Shown here in pieces: positions 33,452 through 40,940 of a DNA stretch of 40,940 nt. Source of the stretch: Nanobdellota archaeon. Lineage in GTDB: Archaea; Nanobdellota; Nanobdellia; SCGC-AAA011-G17; GW2011-AR17. Location: positions 1 through 40,940 of the forward strand of contig JASEIA010000002.1 of assembly GCA_030018575.1 (NCBI GenBank), given 5' to 3'. The notes under the pieces were generated by a model. It ran no database searches and was not told where the DNA came from. It was given only the letters and a program-made list of their open reading frames with translations. Both the position numbers and the translations under genes were made by a program. Position 1 is the stretch's first letter. Every line of letters starts with the position of its first letter.

Positions 33452-33799
33452 TTACGCCTTATTCCCTGTTGCGTTCTCAGCCTTCTTCTTCCCAAAAGGC
33501 AGCTTTGACAATGCACTGCATTCAAGGCAGGCAATGATTATTGCCTTATTTTTTGTCCTTATTCTTGCGTTCTTGCCGGGAACTAAAAATGCATTGCACT
33601 TTTTGCAGAACTTTCTTTTCAGTGCAAACGGGATTCTTGTGTTTGTCCTTGTTGAGATTTTTCTTGCAAGCTCCACATACCTCTTTGCAAGCTTCGGTTC
33701 TTTATTGAAAACTGCCTCTGCTTCCGAGAACAGCTTCTCAATCCGCTCTTTTGCGATTGACGCCTGCTTCTCCTTTCTTCCCCTGAATCCCCGCTTCAT
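33452..33799 (-). CDS. rnp4: RNase P protein component 4 (Rpp21/Rpr2)
   Basis: Helical N-terminus followed by the zinc ribbon CKKCNAFLVPGKNARIRTKNKAIIIACLEC. Confidence 0.8.
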   Translation of the reverse strand: MKRGFRGRKEKQASIAKERIEKLFSEAEAVFNKEPKLAKRYVELARKISTRTNTRIPFALKRKFCKKCNAFLVPGKNARIRTKNKAIIIACLECSALSKLPFGKKKAENATGNKA

Positions 33800-33883
33800 G
33801 CGAAGAAAGTGTTGTTTTTAGTATATATAGGTAACTGCCCTAATTGCGCAACCTTTTTAATTCAGGCTTGCTTTACATTGCTT

Positions 33884-34462
33884 ATGGCTTCATCGGACTG
33901 GTTTGAAATCAAAAGGCAGCTTTTCCATCTTTTCCTTGGGATAGGCATAGTCATTCTTTACAACTTTCATATTCTCAGAGCAAGGCTTATTTTTGCAGTC
34001 ATAGTCCTGGGAATACTCGCCTCAATTGCGTCTGCAAAATACAAGATTCCGGGCGTTGCATGGTTCCTTGACAATTTTGAGAGAAAGCATGCGAAATTCC
34101 CGGGGAAGGGCGCCCTGTTTTATGCGCTAGGCTGCTTCACAGTAATAGGGCTTTTTCCGCCTGACATAGCATCAGCCGCAATACTGGTGCTTGCTGCAGG
34201 AGACTCGTTCTCAACATTGGTGGGGAAGCATTTTGGAAAGCATAAGATGGGAAGCAAGTCAGTAGAGGGGACAGCTGCAGGAATTATTCTTGGATTTTTA
34301 GGGGCTTTTATTTTTGTTCCTTTCCTGACTGCATTTCTCGGCGCGTTTGTTGCAATGCTCTCAGAAGCCCTTGATATAAAGCTGTTCAACCGCGTCATAG
34401 ACGACAATCTTCTTGTGCCTATAGTTGCTGCGTTTGTAATGTACGGCTGGAGCCTGATTTAG
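33884..34462 (+). CDS. CTP-dependent polyprenol kinase / cytidylyltransferase family membrane protein (dolichol kinase-like)
   Basis: Polytopic protein. GDSFSTLVGKHFGKHKMGSKSVEGTAAG matches the family motif GD..A...G...G.....KS.EG. Start taken at MASSDW. Confidence 0.65.
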   Translation: MASSDWFEIKRQLFHLFLGIGIVILYNFHILRARLIFAVIVLGILASIASAKYKIPGVAWFLDNFERKHAKFPGKGALFYALGCFTVIGLFPPDIASAAILVLAAGDSFSTLVGKHFGKHKMGSKSVEGTAAGIILGFLGAFIFVPFLTAFLGAFVAMLSEALDIKLFNRVIDDNLLVPIVAAFVMYGWSLI

Positions 34463-34506
34463 CAAGTAGATTGTAGTAAGTAGTTTGTGGCTGCTAGAAG
34501 TTGCGC

Positions 34507-34797
34507 TTAATATTTCTTTTTGCCAGAATACAATAAGCTTGACATCATGTTGCTTAAGTTGTCATCATATGGAACAACTCTTCCGCCGCCTGCTGTCTTC
34601 CCTTCTTTTGGCGCGGGCTTTGGCGTCTGCTGGAACTGCTGCGGCTGGTAACTTTGCTGTTGTTGCTGTGCAGGCTGTGAAGGCGCCATTCCGCACTGCC
34701 TTTCCCTCTTAGAAATCATGTCCTGGATTGCCATTGCCAATTTCTTCAAGTCATCAAGGCTTTCCTTCTCCGTGTCAAATGAAATCTGCACCTGCAT
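34507..34797 (-). CDS. Hypothetical protein with a Gln/Pro-rich low-complexity centre
   Basis: Structured N-terminus MQVQISFDTEKESLDDLKKLAMAIQDMI, then PSQPAQQQQQSYQPQQFQQTPKPAP. No family recognised. Confidence 0.45.
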   Translation of the reverse strand: MQVQISFDTEKESLDDLKKLAMAIQDMISKRERQCGMAPSQPAQQQQQSYQPQQFQQTPKPAPKEGKTAGGGRVVPYDDNLSNMMSSLLYSGKKKY

Positions 34798-34843
34798 TTT
34801 ATTATTTTGAGTAATTGGTTGTTTATATACTTTTTTGTTTTCT

Positions 34844-34974
34844 GGTTATCTTCAAACTTCGGCATATCCTACTTTTGGCGGTTCTTGCGCTTGGTGCTAT
34901 TCCACGAGGCATTTACGCCCAAACCGCAAAAATCGTCTAAGAAAGGTGTCATCTGCCGATGTTTGAACAATATC
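34844..34974. repeat. Copy 2 of the 131-bp dispersed element
   Basis: Matches 10575-10705 (see copy 1). It lies 47 nt upstream of the ATG of the minus-strand gene 34507..34797. Confidence 0.9.
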
Positions 34975-35080
34975 TGCTTTATTTTGGGATAACACAGCTC
35001 TATTTTGGAGAGGGCACGTTATGAAACTTCAAAAACCAAATAATATTTGGATACTACAAGCCAAAAAAACCATGTAAAAG

Positions 35081-35088
35081 TTTATAAA
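35081..35088 (+). promoter_or_regulatory. TATA-box-like element within the palindrome aagtttataaactt
   Basis: tttataaa lies 24-31 nt upstream of ATG 35112. Confidence 0.4.
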
Positions 35089-35111
35089 CTTAACAGGCTT
35101 GTTATGCTAAT

Positions 35112-35291
35112 ATGGACAAAGAAGGAAGGTATAACCTGCTGATTGCTTTGGATGTGATTGGATTTTCAATTATAATACTAGGCCTGTTTCTGGTCAGATT
35201 TGGAAAAAGTGAAATCATGTCCATATTGGGCGGCTTTGTAGTTGCAGCCGGGCTTGCATTGCTTGGAATAACGAGGTATGTAAGAAAATGA
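35112..35291 (+). CDS. Possible 59-aa two-TM membrane protein
   Basis: MDKEGRYNLLIALDVIGFSIIILGLFLVRFGKSEIMSILGGFVVAAGLALLGITRYVRK. It is below the track cutoff. The TATA spacing supports expression. Confidence 0.4.
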   Translation: MDKEGRYNLLIALDVIGFSIIILGLFLVRFGKSEIMSILGGFVVAAGLALLGITRYVRK

Positions 35292-35416
35292 TTTCAGAAT
35301 ATATCCCCTACGCCGTGATACTGATGGAAGCAATAACCATAAAATTAGCCGAGAAAAAAACCGCCCTGATACTTACATTATTTTCTATTGCTTCAGCAGT
35401 AATGTTCTTTGCTTAA
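35288..35416 (+). CDS. Possible 42-aa membrane peptide coupled by an ATGA overlap
   Basis: MISEYIPYAVILMEAITIKLAEKKTALILTLFSIASAVMFFA. Its start overlaps the stop of the preceding small ORF. Confidence 0.3.
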   Translation: MISEYIPYAVILMEAITIKLAEKKTALILTLFSIASAVMFFA

Positions 35417-35460
35417 GGGTTTTGCGCAAATGATTTTCAGGCGGAATAAAACATTATGCT

Positions 35461-36777
35461 TTACTTCAGAATAACTTCCTTTGAATGCGCCAAAACCCAT
35501 TCTTCTTTCGCCTGCCTCACGCCCTGCACCTTGAACCTGATGCCTTCCTTGCCTAGCAGGTTCTGCAGATATTTTGCCTGCTTCTTAATTACTTTCTCGT
35601 CAAACTTATGCGAAGAAAGCATTGTCCCGGGCTTTGGCACGAATGGATTTATTGAAACATAGCATTCTGCCCTGCACATCTTTTTTGCCTTTATGATGAA
35701 CGCAGCCATCTCTTCCAATGCCTTCTCATCCTGTCCTGGAATTCCAATCATGAAATACATTTTAATCGTGTCGAAAGAAAGCCCATTGGCATTTTCAATA
35801 AATTTGAAGTACTGCTCGTCCTTTACATGCTTTCCAATCTTAAATCTCAATTCCTCATTGCATTCAGGAGCAATAGTCAGTGTCCGTTGCCCTCCTTTTT
35901 TAATGAGTTCCAAAAACTCCCTGTCAGCAAGCTCCACCTTGATTGAAGGCACTGAGAATTCAAGGTTTTTGGAAATCAAATATTTTAAAATATCCTTTCT
36001 TGCAGGATGGGTGAATGAAGCAGTGTACAAAATCACTTTCTTTCTCTTGTTTAATGCAATCCCCTTGCCAATTATATCTTTTATTTTCTCAAGGCTTCTT
36101 ATCCTTACTCCCCCTCTAAGAGGCATTGGGCAGAATTTGCATACAAAAGGGCATCCTCTTTCAGGCTCAAGGAGAAATGCATTCCCGAACACATAATCCT
36201 TTGGCAAGCCAACAGGCAATGGCTGGTAAAGGGGGTAAGGCGCTTCATCAAGGCTTTTCAGGTAAGCGCATGATGGCTTTGAAGAGATTCCAGGAACGAA
36301 GATTCCGCTTATGCCTGCAATCTCCTTAAGGAAATTCTTCTTTGCCTCTTTTTCATCGCCTGCTTTATTCACCTCATACGCAGCAAGCACCTTTGGCAAT
36401 ACAAGCTCGGCATCGGCAATAACTAAAAAATCCATGTACTTTGAAAGAGCGTTAGGGTTCGCATTAACGCAAGGGCCTCCTGCGAATATTATTTGCTTTC
36501 TCTTTTCCTTCTCCAAAGAAATTCCCGCCTTTGAAAGCATCTTGGGCAGATTGTAATAGTCAGGCTCATACTGGAACGTGAAGCCGACAAGAGAGGAAGT
36601 TATCTTTCCCTCATCAAGAAATACCCTGCTGCAAATCCAGTTTGGAATGTTATTAACAAGATTGTAAATAATCAATACGCCGAGATTGTAAGCTCCGCCA
36701 AACTTCTTGTTGGGATAAACAATATCAAGCTGGTTAATGCCTTTCTTCCAGCTCTTCTGAATCAAAGGTAATTCCAT
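35461..36777 (-). CDS. Radical SAM protein with an N-terminal B12-binding-like domain
   Basis: CxxxCxxC motif in ERGCPFVCKFCPM. The N-terminal region (IIFAGGPCVNANP...) is like the B12-binding domain of class B rSAM enzymes. Confidence 0.75.
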   Translation of the reverse strand: MELPLIQKSWKKGINQLDIVYPNKKFGGAYNLGVLIIYNLVNNIPNWICSRVFLDEGKITSSLVGFTFQYEPDYYNLPKMLSKAGISLEKEKRKQIIFAGGPCVNANPNALSKYMDFLVIADAELVLPKVLAAYEVNKAGDEKEAKKNFLKEIAGISGIFVPGISSKPSCAYLKSLDEAPYPLYQPLPVGLPKDYVFGNAFLLEPERGCPFVCKFCPMPLRGGVRIRSLEKIKDIIGKGIALNKRKKVILYTASFTHPARKDILKYLISKNLEFSVPSIKVELADREFLELIKKGGQRTLTIAPECNEELRFKIGKHVKDEQYFKFIENANGLSFDTIKMYFMIGIPGQDEKALEEMAAFIIKAKKMCRAECYVSINPFVPKPGTMLSSHKFDEKVIKKQAKYLQNLLGKEGIRFKVQGVRQAKEEWVLAHSKEVILK

Positions 36778-36843
36778 AAACTAGCAATTAGCTGTTTCCT
36801 TTATAAAACTTAGGAAAATAAAAAAATAAGAAAGGGGCTTTCC

Positions 36844-37572
36844 CTAACCCATGTAATTAATGTCTCTCGCCTGCTTGTGGTCCACTGTCTTCTTGGTCTG
36901 CTCCATCAGGGACTTCAGCTTCTGCTCAAACTGCACAGCAGCTTCCATCAATGGCTTAGGGTCTAATTTCAAGCCAAGGTAAGAATCCAGGACCTGCACG
37001 ACTTTTGCAGCAGAAGCGCTGTCAGGCAGCTGCGTGTGCGTTTCAATGAAAACGCCAACTATGTTCATTTCCTTTTCCTTTAGCACAAGCCCTGCAGTCA
37101 CCCCTACAATTATCCCCTCTTTCAGCTGCGTTACTTTTGACTCATCCATCTTTTTCTTTGCTTTCGCATCATTTGTGTAATAATACACATTGGAGGTTTC
37201 ACCCTTTGACATTATGCCCTCAATCGTAATAAGCTGCTTTGCGCCCAGCATCTCATAAAGGGATAAAATTGCATTTGAAATGTCCCATTCTATTCCGCGG
37301 ACATCGCTCAATGCGTGCACTATTATTATGTTCTCTTTTTCAGCGTAGAATATCTCAAGAGGCTGTATTATTTTTGAGTCATGCACAGCTGCTATGGGCA
37401 CTAATTTATTCGACCATATGAAGCCGATTGACTTTGCATTCAGGTGTTTTATTAAAAACTCAGTTGTTATTGTTGAAATAAGCCCCAATCCCGGGAATCC
37501 CTCTATGATAATCGGGCTTTTTGGCTTTTGTGTCAAGACTATCTGCATTTGCTCTTTTTGGTTGTTTTCCAT
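36844..37572 (-). CDS. PAC2-family (proteasome assembly chaperone-like) protein, second paralog
   Basis: IIIEGFPGLGLISTITTEFLIKHL is the same hallmark motif seen in 7428..8180. Confidence 0.75.
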   Translation of the reverse strand: MENNQKEQMQIVLTQKPKSPIIIEGFPGLGLISTITTEFLIKHLNAKSIGFIWSNKLVPIAAVHDSKIIQPLEIFYAEKENIIIVHALSDVRGIEWDISNAILSLYEMLGAKQLITIEGIMSKGETSNVYYYTNDAKAKKKMDESKVTQLKEGIIVGVTAGLVLKEKEMNIVGVFIETHTQLPDSASAAKVVQVLDSYLGLKLDPKPLMEAAVQFEQKLKSLMEQTKKTVDHKQARDINYMG

Positions 37573-37626
37573 GCTGTTTTATCTGTTTAAGCTGTATTTA
37601 TAGATTTCTATACTCGAGTATAATCT

Positions 37627-38487
37627 TCAGAATAATGCAAATATTATGACATCTCCATAGGCAAGGGTAATCAATGTCCCTGCAAGTATTGCAATAAGGA
37701 ACTTTATGCCTCTTTTCACAAGCAGGGACTTTACCTTTGCTTTTTTCAAAGCTTTTATCTGCTCAAGTGTCAATCCGGGGTCTTTTGCGCTGCAAATAGC
37801 CTTTCCCCTTATTTTTATGCTTTCAGCGGCCCAGTCCCCTTCAGTCAGCCTTGAAACAGGCACTTTCTCGTACATGCCTGCCTTTTCAGCTCCCTTGATG
37901 AACATAAAAAGCGCAAAGTATGCGAAAATAACAATTGCTGCATAAAAAAGCATTACAGATGTGATGCCTGATGACAGGACAGCGGCTCCAAGGGCAATTA
38001 CAGCCAATGCAATGCCGAAGATGTAAATGCCCATTCTTTCTGTAATCTCCTGCTTTACAGCTGACATTGATGCCTTGAACCTTTTTGCAAAAACATAGAA
38101 GCTCCACAGCAATCCGTATACGCCACCTGCAATGAAGATGTTTGCAGAAAGCGCAAGCAGGTAAGGCGCGCTGCCGAAATAAGCAAAAGGCGGCGTTGCA
38201 AATGCTGCGCCTAAACCCATCGCAATCTTTGCATCCCCCCCTCCCCACTGCCTGCTGTAGTATATCAGTATGCTGAATGCATACATTGCTGCAAAGCCCA
38301 TGATGCCGTACAGTGTGTAAAGCCAGTCGCTGTAGATGATTGAGTGCATAAGCCTTATTCCAAGCGCGGAAATCATGAAGCCGTAGCTCAGCCAGTCAGG
38401 TATCTCTCCTGTCTTGAAGTCAGTGTACGTTGCTATAAGAAGGACAAGCAATGCCAGTATGACAAGTATAATGCCTGTAATCATCAC
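37627..38487 (-). CDS. A24-family aspartic peptidase (archaeal prepilin/preflagellin peptidase, FlaK/PibD-like)
   Basis: Polytopic protein with the two catalytic Asp contexts, KTGEIPDWLS and WGGGDAKIAMG. Confidence 0.8.
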   Translation of the reverse strand: MMITGIILVILALLVLLIATYTDFKTGEIPDWLSYGFMISALGIRLMHSIIYSDWLYTLYGIMGFAAMYAFSILIYYSRQWGGGDAKIAMGLGAAFATPPFAYFGSAPYLLALSANIFIAGGVYGLLWSFYVFAKRFKASMSAVKQEITERMGIYIFGIALAVIALGAAVLSSGITSVMLFYAAIVIFAYFALFMFIKGAEKAGMYEKVPVSRLTEGDWAAESIKIRGKAICSAKDPGLTLEQIKALKKAKVKSLLVKRGIKFLIAILAGTLITLAYGDVIIFALF

Positions 38488-38580
38488 TATTTAAGGGGCG
38501 TTTTGGTTTAAAAAGAATTCTATTGTGAAATATATTGCTTCTCCGATAAATTTATAATCCAATGTGTTTACCGCCTTTCC

Positions 38581-39690
38581 ATGCACTTCCACATAATAAC
38601 CTCAATTGACTGCAACTCAGAATGCAGGTACTGCTACAAGAAGAGCTGCGATGACTTCGGCAATGACTTGAATGAGACATTCAAGTTTGACTTCTCAATG
38701 CCTCCGAGAATCAAGTACCCAACAGAAGAGCTGAAAAAGTTTCTTGCAAGAAGCAAAACAAGGCACACCCTGACTTTCTACGGCGGGGAGCCCTTGATGG
38801 GCATTGAGAAAATCAAGGAAATCATGGACCATGTTGATGCAAGGTACATGCTGCAAACTAACGGCAAATTGCTTGACAAGCTTCCAAAGGAGTACGTTAA
38901 CCGCTTTGAAATAATGCTGATTTCAATCGACGGCGATAAAAAGCTGACTGACTTTAACAGGGGCGAAGGGACATACGACAAAGTGCTTTCAAATATTGCG
39001 CTAATCAAAAAGAACGGCTTTAAAGGCGAACTCATAGCAAGAATGGTCGTGGACGAGCATTCAACTTTATTAGATGATGTAAAGCATTTGTTTTCAATCG
39101 GCTTCGATGCAGTGCATTGGCAGCTGGATGCAGGATTTTACCAGCAGGATTTCAAAAGCAGGAATTTTAAGGAATTTGCAGTTAAGTACAATTCCCTTGT
39201 TTCTGAACTTTTAGATTACTGGGTTGAAACAATGAAAAATGGAAAAGTGCTGAAGATATACCCCTTCCTTGGCATATTTGAGCTCTTGTATTATAACCGG
39301 AAAGCGAAGCTTCTCTGCGGAAGCGGGCATTCAAATTATACAATTGCAACAAACGGCAGAATCTCAGTCTGCCCTATAATGCACGATGCAACTGTTTTTC
39401 AGGTTGGGGGCATAAAAGAGGAGAGCCCTGATGGGCTGAAGCAAATATTTGTTGGAGAGCCGTGTACTTCCTGCGACATTTACACCATCTGCGGAGGAAG
39501 GTGCCTGTACGCAAACAAGGCAAGCCTGTGGCCAAAGGAGGGGCGGGATTTAATCTGCAGTACAGTGAGGCATTTAATCAATGCAATAAGAAACAAGCTT
39601 CCTGAAATAAAAGAATTAATCAGGGGAAACAAAATCAGTGAAAAGCAGCTTGAGTATGAAAAATACGCAGGGCCTGAGATTATTCCTTAG
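38581..39690 (+). CDS. Radical SAM / SPASM-domain enzyme (putative peptide- or protein-modifying maturase)
   Basis: N-terminal CNSECRYC (CxxxCxxC). C-terminal auxiliary-cluster Cys motifs CPIMHD and CTSCDIYTICGGRCLYAN, typical of SPASM. Confidence 0.8.
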   Translation: MHFHIITSIDCNSECRYCYKKSCDDFGNDLNETFKFDFSMPPRIKYPTEELKKFLARSKTRHTLTFYGGEPLMGIEKIKEIMDHVDARYMLQTNGKLLDKLPKEYVNRFEIMLISIDGDKKLTDFNRGEGTYDKVLSNIALIKKNGFKGELIARMVVDEHSTLLDDVKHLFSIGFDAVHWQLDAGFYQQDFKSRNFKEFAVKYNSLVSELLDYWVETMKNGKVLKIYPFLGIFELLYYNRKAKLLCGSGHSNYTIATNGRISVCPIMHDATVFQVGGIKEESPDGLKQIFVGEPCTSCDIYTICGGRCLYANKASLWPKEGRDLICSTVRHLINAIRNKLPEIKELIRGNKISEKQLEYEKYAGPEIIP

Positions 39691-40099
39691 CTTTTGTAAA
39701 AATCACCCTCATTATTCCTGTGTAGTTGCCGTAAGGCATATCTTTTGGCATTGTAACAGCAATGTTAATTTCCTTATTTTCTCCAGGCTGAAGCAAAGCA
39801 GGATTTTCAGAAATATAAATATAAGGCTTAAGCTGCCCGATTGGAGCAAACCTGACGATTATTGGAAAATCATGCTCATTTCCAATGAAAACTTCCCTTT
39901 TTGCAGAGCCGCCCGGCTGCATCATCCCGAAGATAAACTTGTCAGAGTCAACAGCAATGCCTATCCTATCGCCAACTTTTGCATCCATTTCAATGTCCCT
40001 TATGCCGATGGTTGTCAGCGTGTTGTAAACAATGGAAACAACCCCTATGGTAGTGAATGCCATGATTAAGATTATTAGTATTGCATTTATCTTTTTCAT
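39680..40099 (-). CDS. Secreted or anchored beta-rich protein
   Basis: N-terminal signal/anchor MKKINAILIILIMAFTTIGVVSIV. No family recognised. 4-nt overlap with the upstream gene and 11-nt convergent overlap with the rSAM/SPASM gene. Confidence 0.55.
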   Translation of the reverse strand: MKKINAILIILIMAFTTIGVVSIVYNTLTTIGIRDIEMDAKVGDRIGIAVDSDKFIFGMMQPGGSAKREVFIGNEHDFPIIVRFAPIGQLKPYIYISENPALLQPGENKEINIAVTMPKDMPYGNYTGIMRVIFTKAKE

Positions 40100-40940
40100 C
40101 GCGCTGCCTCCTTTTGTTTTGCTGTCCTCTTTTGCTTTTTCTGCTTAAGCGCCCATACAGCCACATTGATGATAAGGATAAGCACTAATACGATTAAGAA
40201 TGCAGGGCTTACAAGCACTTCTTTTATCTTGTCAAATGTCATGCTTGTTTTTGGCTCTTCTGGCTGCTTTTGCAGCAAAACATTTACTGTTTCCCTTGTT
40301 TCCCCGCCCTTGTACTTCAAGGTGATGGTTGCATTATAATCTCCTGCCTCAAGCGCATTGGCATCCCAGTAGCCTTGTAATGATGCTTTTTGCCATGGCT
40401 GCAAATCAACGCCTTCTGTCCTGAAACTGCCTTTGAATTCACTTTTATTATCATACATCGAGACTTCAGCCCTCACATTTTCAATCAGGTCTCCCCACCA
40501 GCTTTCAACATTGACAGTAACAGGGTTTATTTTTCCTGCGGTTGCATTTATTTCCATTCCAAGGAATTTCACAAAAAGCTTTCCGATGAGAAAGCTTGTT
40601 TCGGCATAAGCAGGCTTCTCTCCCCCATAAGCCATTACCGCCTTTGCATTATACCTTGCAGCCTCATACTCTGTTGTTTCCATGCGCTTCCACATCTCTG
40701 TTGAGGCAAATGGCTCCACATCGCTCTGCATGGTGTAAAGCGTCTCTTTTATGTTGCCGTCAATGTCAGTGACATCAATGGCTGCATTTATGCCTTTCAG
40801 CGCAGTGTCGCCGAGGTTGGTTACTGTCACTTTAAAATATACAGGCTCGCCTTTATTGGCATTGTCCGCATTCAAGCTGATTGTTGCGTATTTGCCCTTT
40901 ACAGGTATGTGCACATAAATAAGCACCCCTATTTCAGCAG
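40096..40940 (-). CDS. Surface protein with CARDB/S-layer-like beta-sandwich repeats and a C-terminal TM anchor (5'-partial)
   Basis: The frame stays open upstream of the GTG at 40926 to the window end (..AEIG). It contains GEPVYFKVTVTNLGDTALKGINA and GDYNATITLKY motifs. The C-terminus is SPAFLIVLVLILIINVAVWAL plus a basic tail. Confidence 0.6.
   Translation of the reverse strand, partial: AEIGVLIYVHIPVKGKYATISLNADNANKGEPVYFKVTVTNLGDTALKGINAAIDVTDIDGNIKETLYTMQSDVEPFASTEMWKRMETTEYEAARYNAKAVMAYGGEKPAYAETSFLIGKLFVKFLGMEINATAGKINPVTVNVESWWGDLIENVRAEVSMYDNKSEFKGSFRTEGVDLQPWQKASLQGYWDANALEAGDYNATITLKYKGGETRETVNVLLQKQPEEPKTSMTFDKIKEVLVSPAFLIVLVLILIINVAVWALKQKKQKRTAKQKEAAR

Noticed and set aside
1-40940. 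CRISPR arrays, rRNA genes, transposase, integrase or reverse transcriptase genes
   Set aside because: I found no regularly spaced short repeats, no rRNA-like sequence, and no ORF with recognisable DDE, tyrosine or serine recombinase or RT motifs. The many remaining track ORFs that are antisense to, or nested in, the annotated genes (for example 512..748, 8202..8540, 11909..12259, 32179..32664) have shadow-frame composition and were not called.

Overview
This is an archaeal contig. The evidence is eL18, eL21, RNA polymerase subunits Rpo3/4/10, aPelota, Rpp21, EndoQ, an Nre-like protein and PAC2 proteins, plus TATA-like boxes 23-35 nt upstream of many ATGs. The small, tightly packed genes and the many MNT/HEPN pairs and surface proteins suggest a DPANN-like organism, but that is inference only.

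All family calls come from motif recognition in the supplied translations. No database search was run.

Layout:
- 1-10.1 kb: a 5'-partial Cys/Asp-rich surface protein, a mini-Toprim protein, two wHTH-MNT/HEPN pairs, an SbcD-like phosphoesterase, tRNA-Pro, CYTH, a 5'(3')-deoxyribonucleotidase, an SdpI-like membrane protein, PAC2 and EndoQ.
- 10.0-14.7 kb: a ribbon-helix-helix (RHH) mini-cassette bounded by 32-bp direct repeats, copy 1 of a 131-bp element, a double-SWIM SNF2 helicase and a degenerate RQC-like remnant.
- 14.6-20.4 kb: a pilin-like anchored protein, Pelota, a DUF4258/DUF2283 pair, tRNA-Leu(CAG), a Zn dehydrogenase and an Nre-like repair protein.
- 20.4-26.8 kb: a decayed, repeat-bounded accessory island holding a truncated and an intact DUF4143 ATPase, a PF01637/DUF234-type ATPase, a SprT/DUF45-like mini-protease, an unrecognised tandem-domain protein and a frameshifted HEPN.
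- 26.9-34.5 kb: core genes on the minus strand. These are an M24 peptidase, rpoN-S9-L13-L18e-(wHTH)-tRNA-Leu(GAG)-rpoD-S11-S4-S13, DUF655-rpoF-L21e and Rpp21.
- 34.5-40.9 kb: copy 2 of the 131-bp element, small membrane ORFs, two radical SAM enzymes (one SPASM type), a second PAC2, an A24 prepilin-type peptidase and secreted or anchored proteins.

The best candidates for something new are the 131-bp two-copy element with terminal inverted repeats, the repeat-flanked cassettes, and the 20.9-22.5 kb module inside the island.
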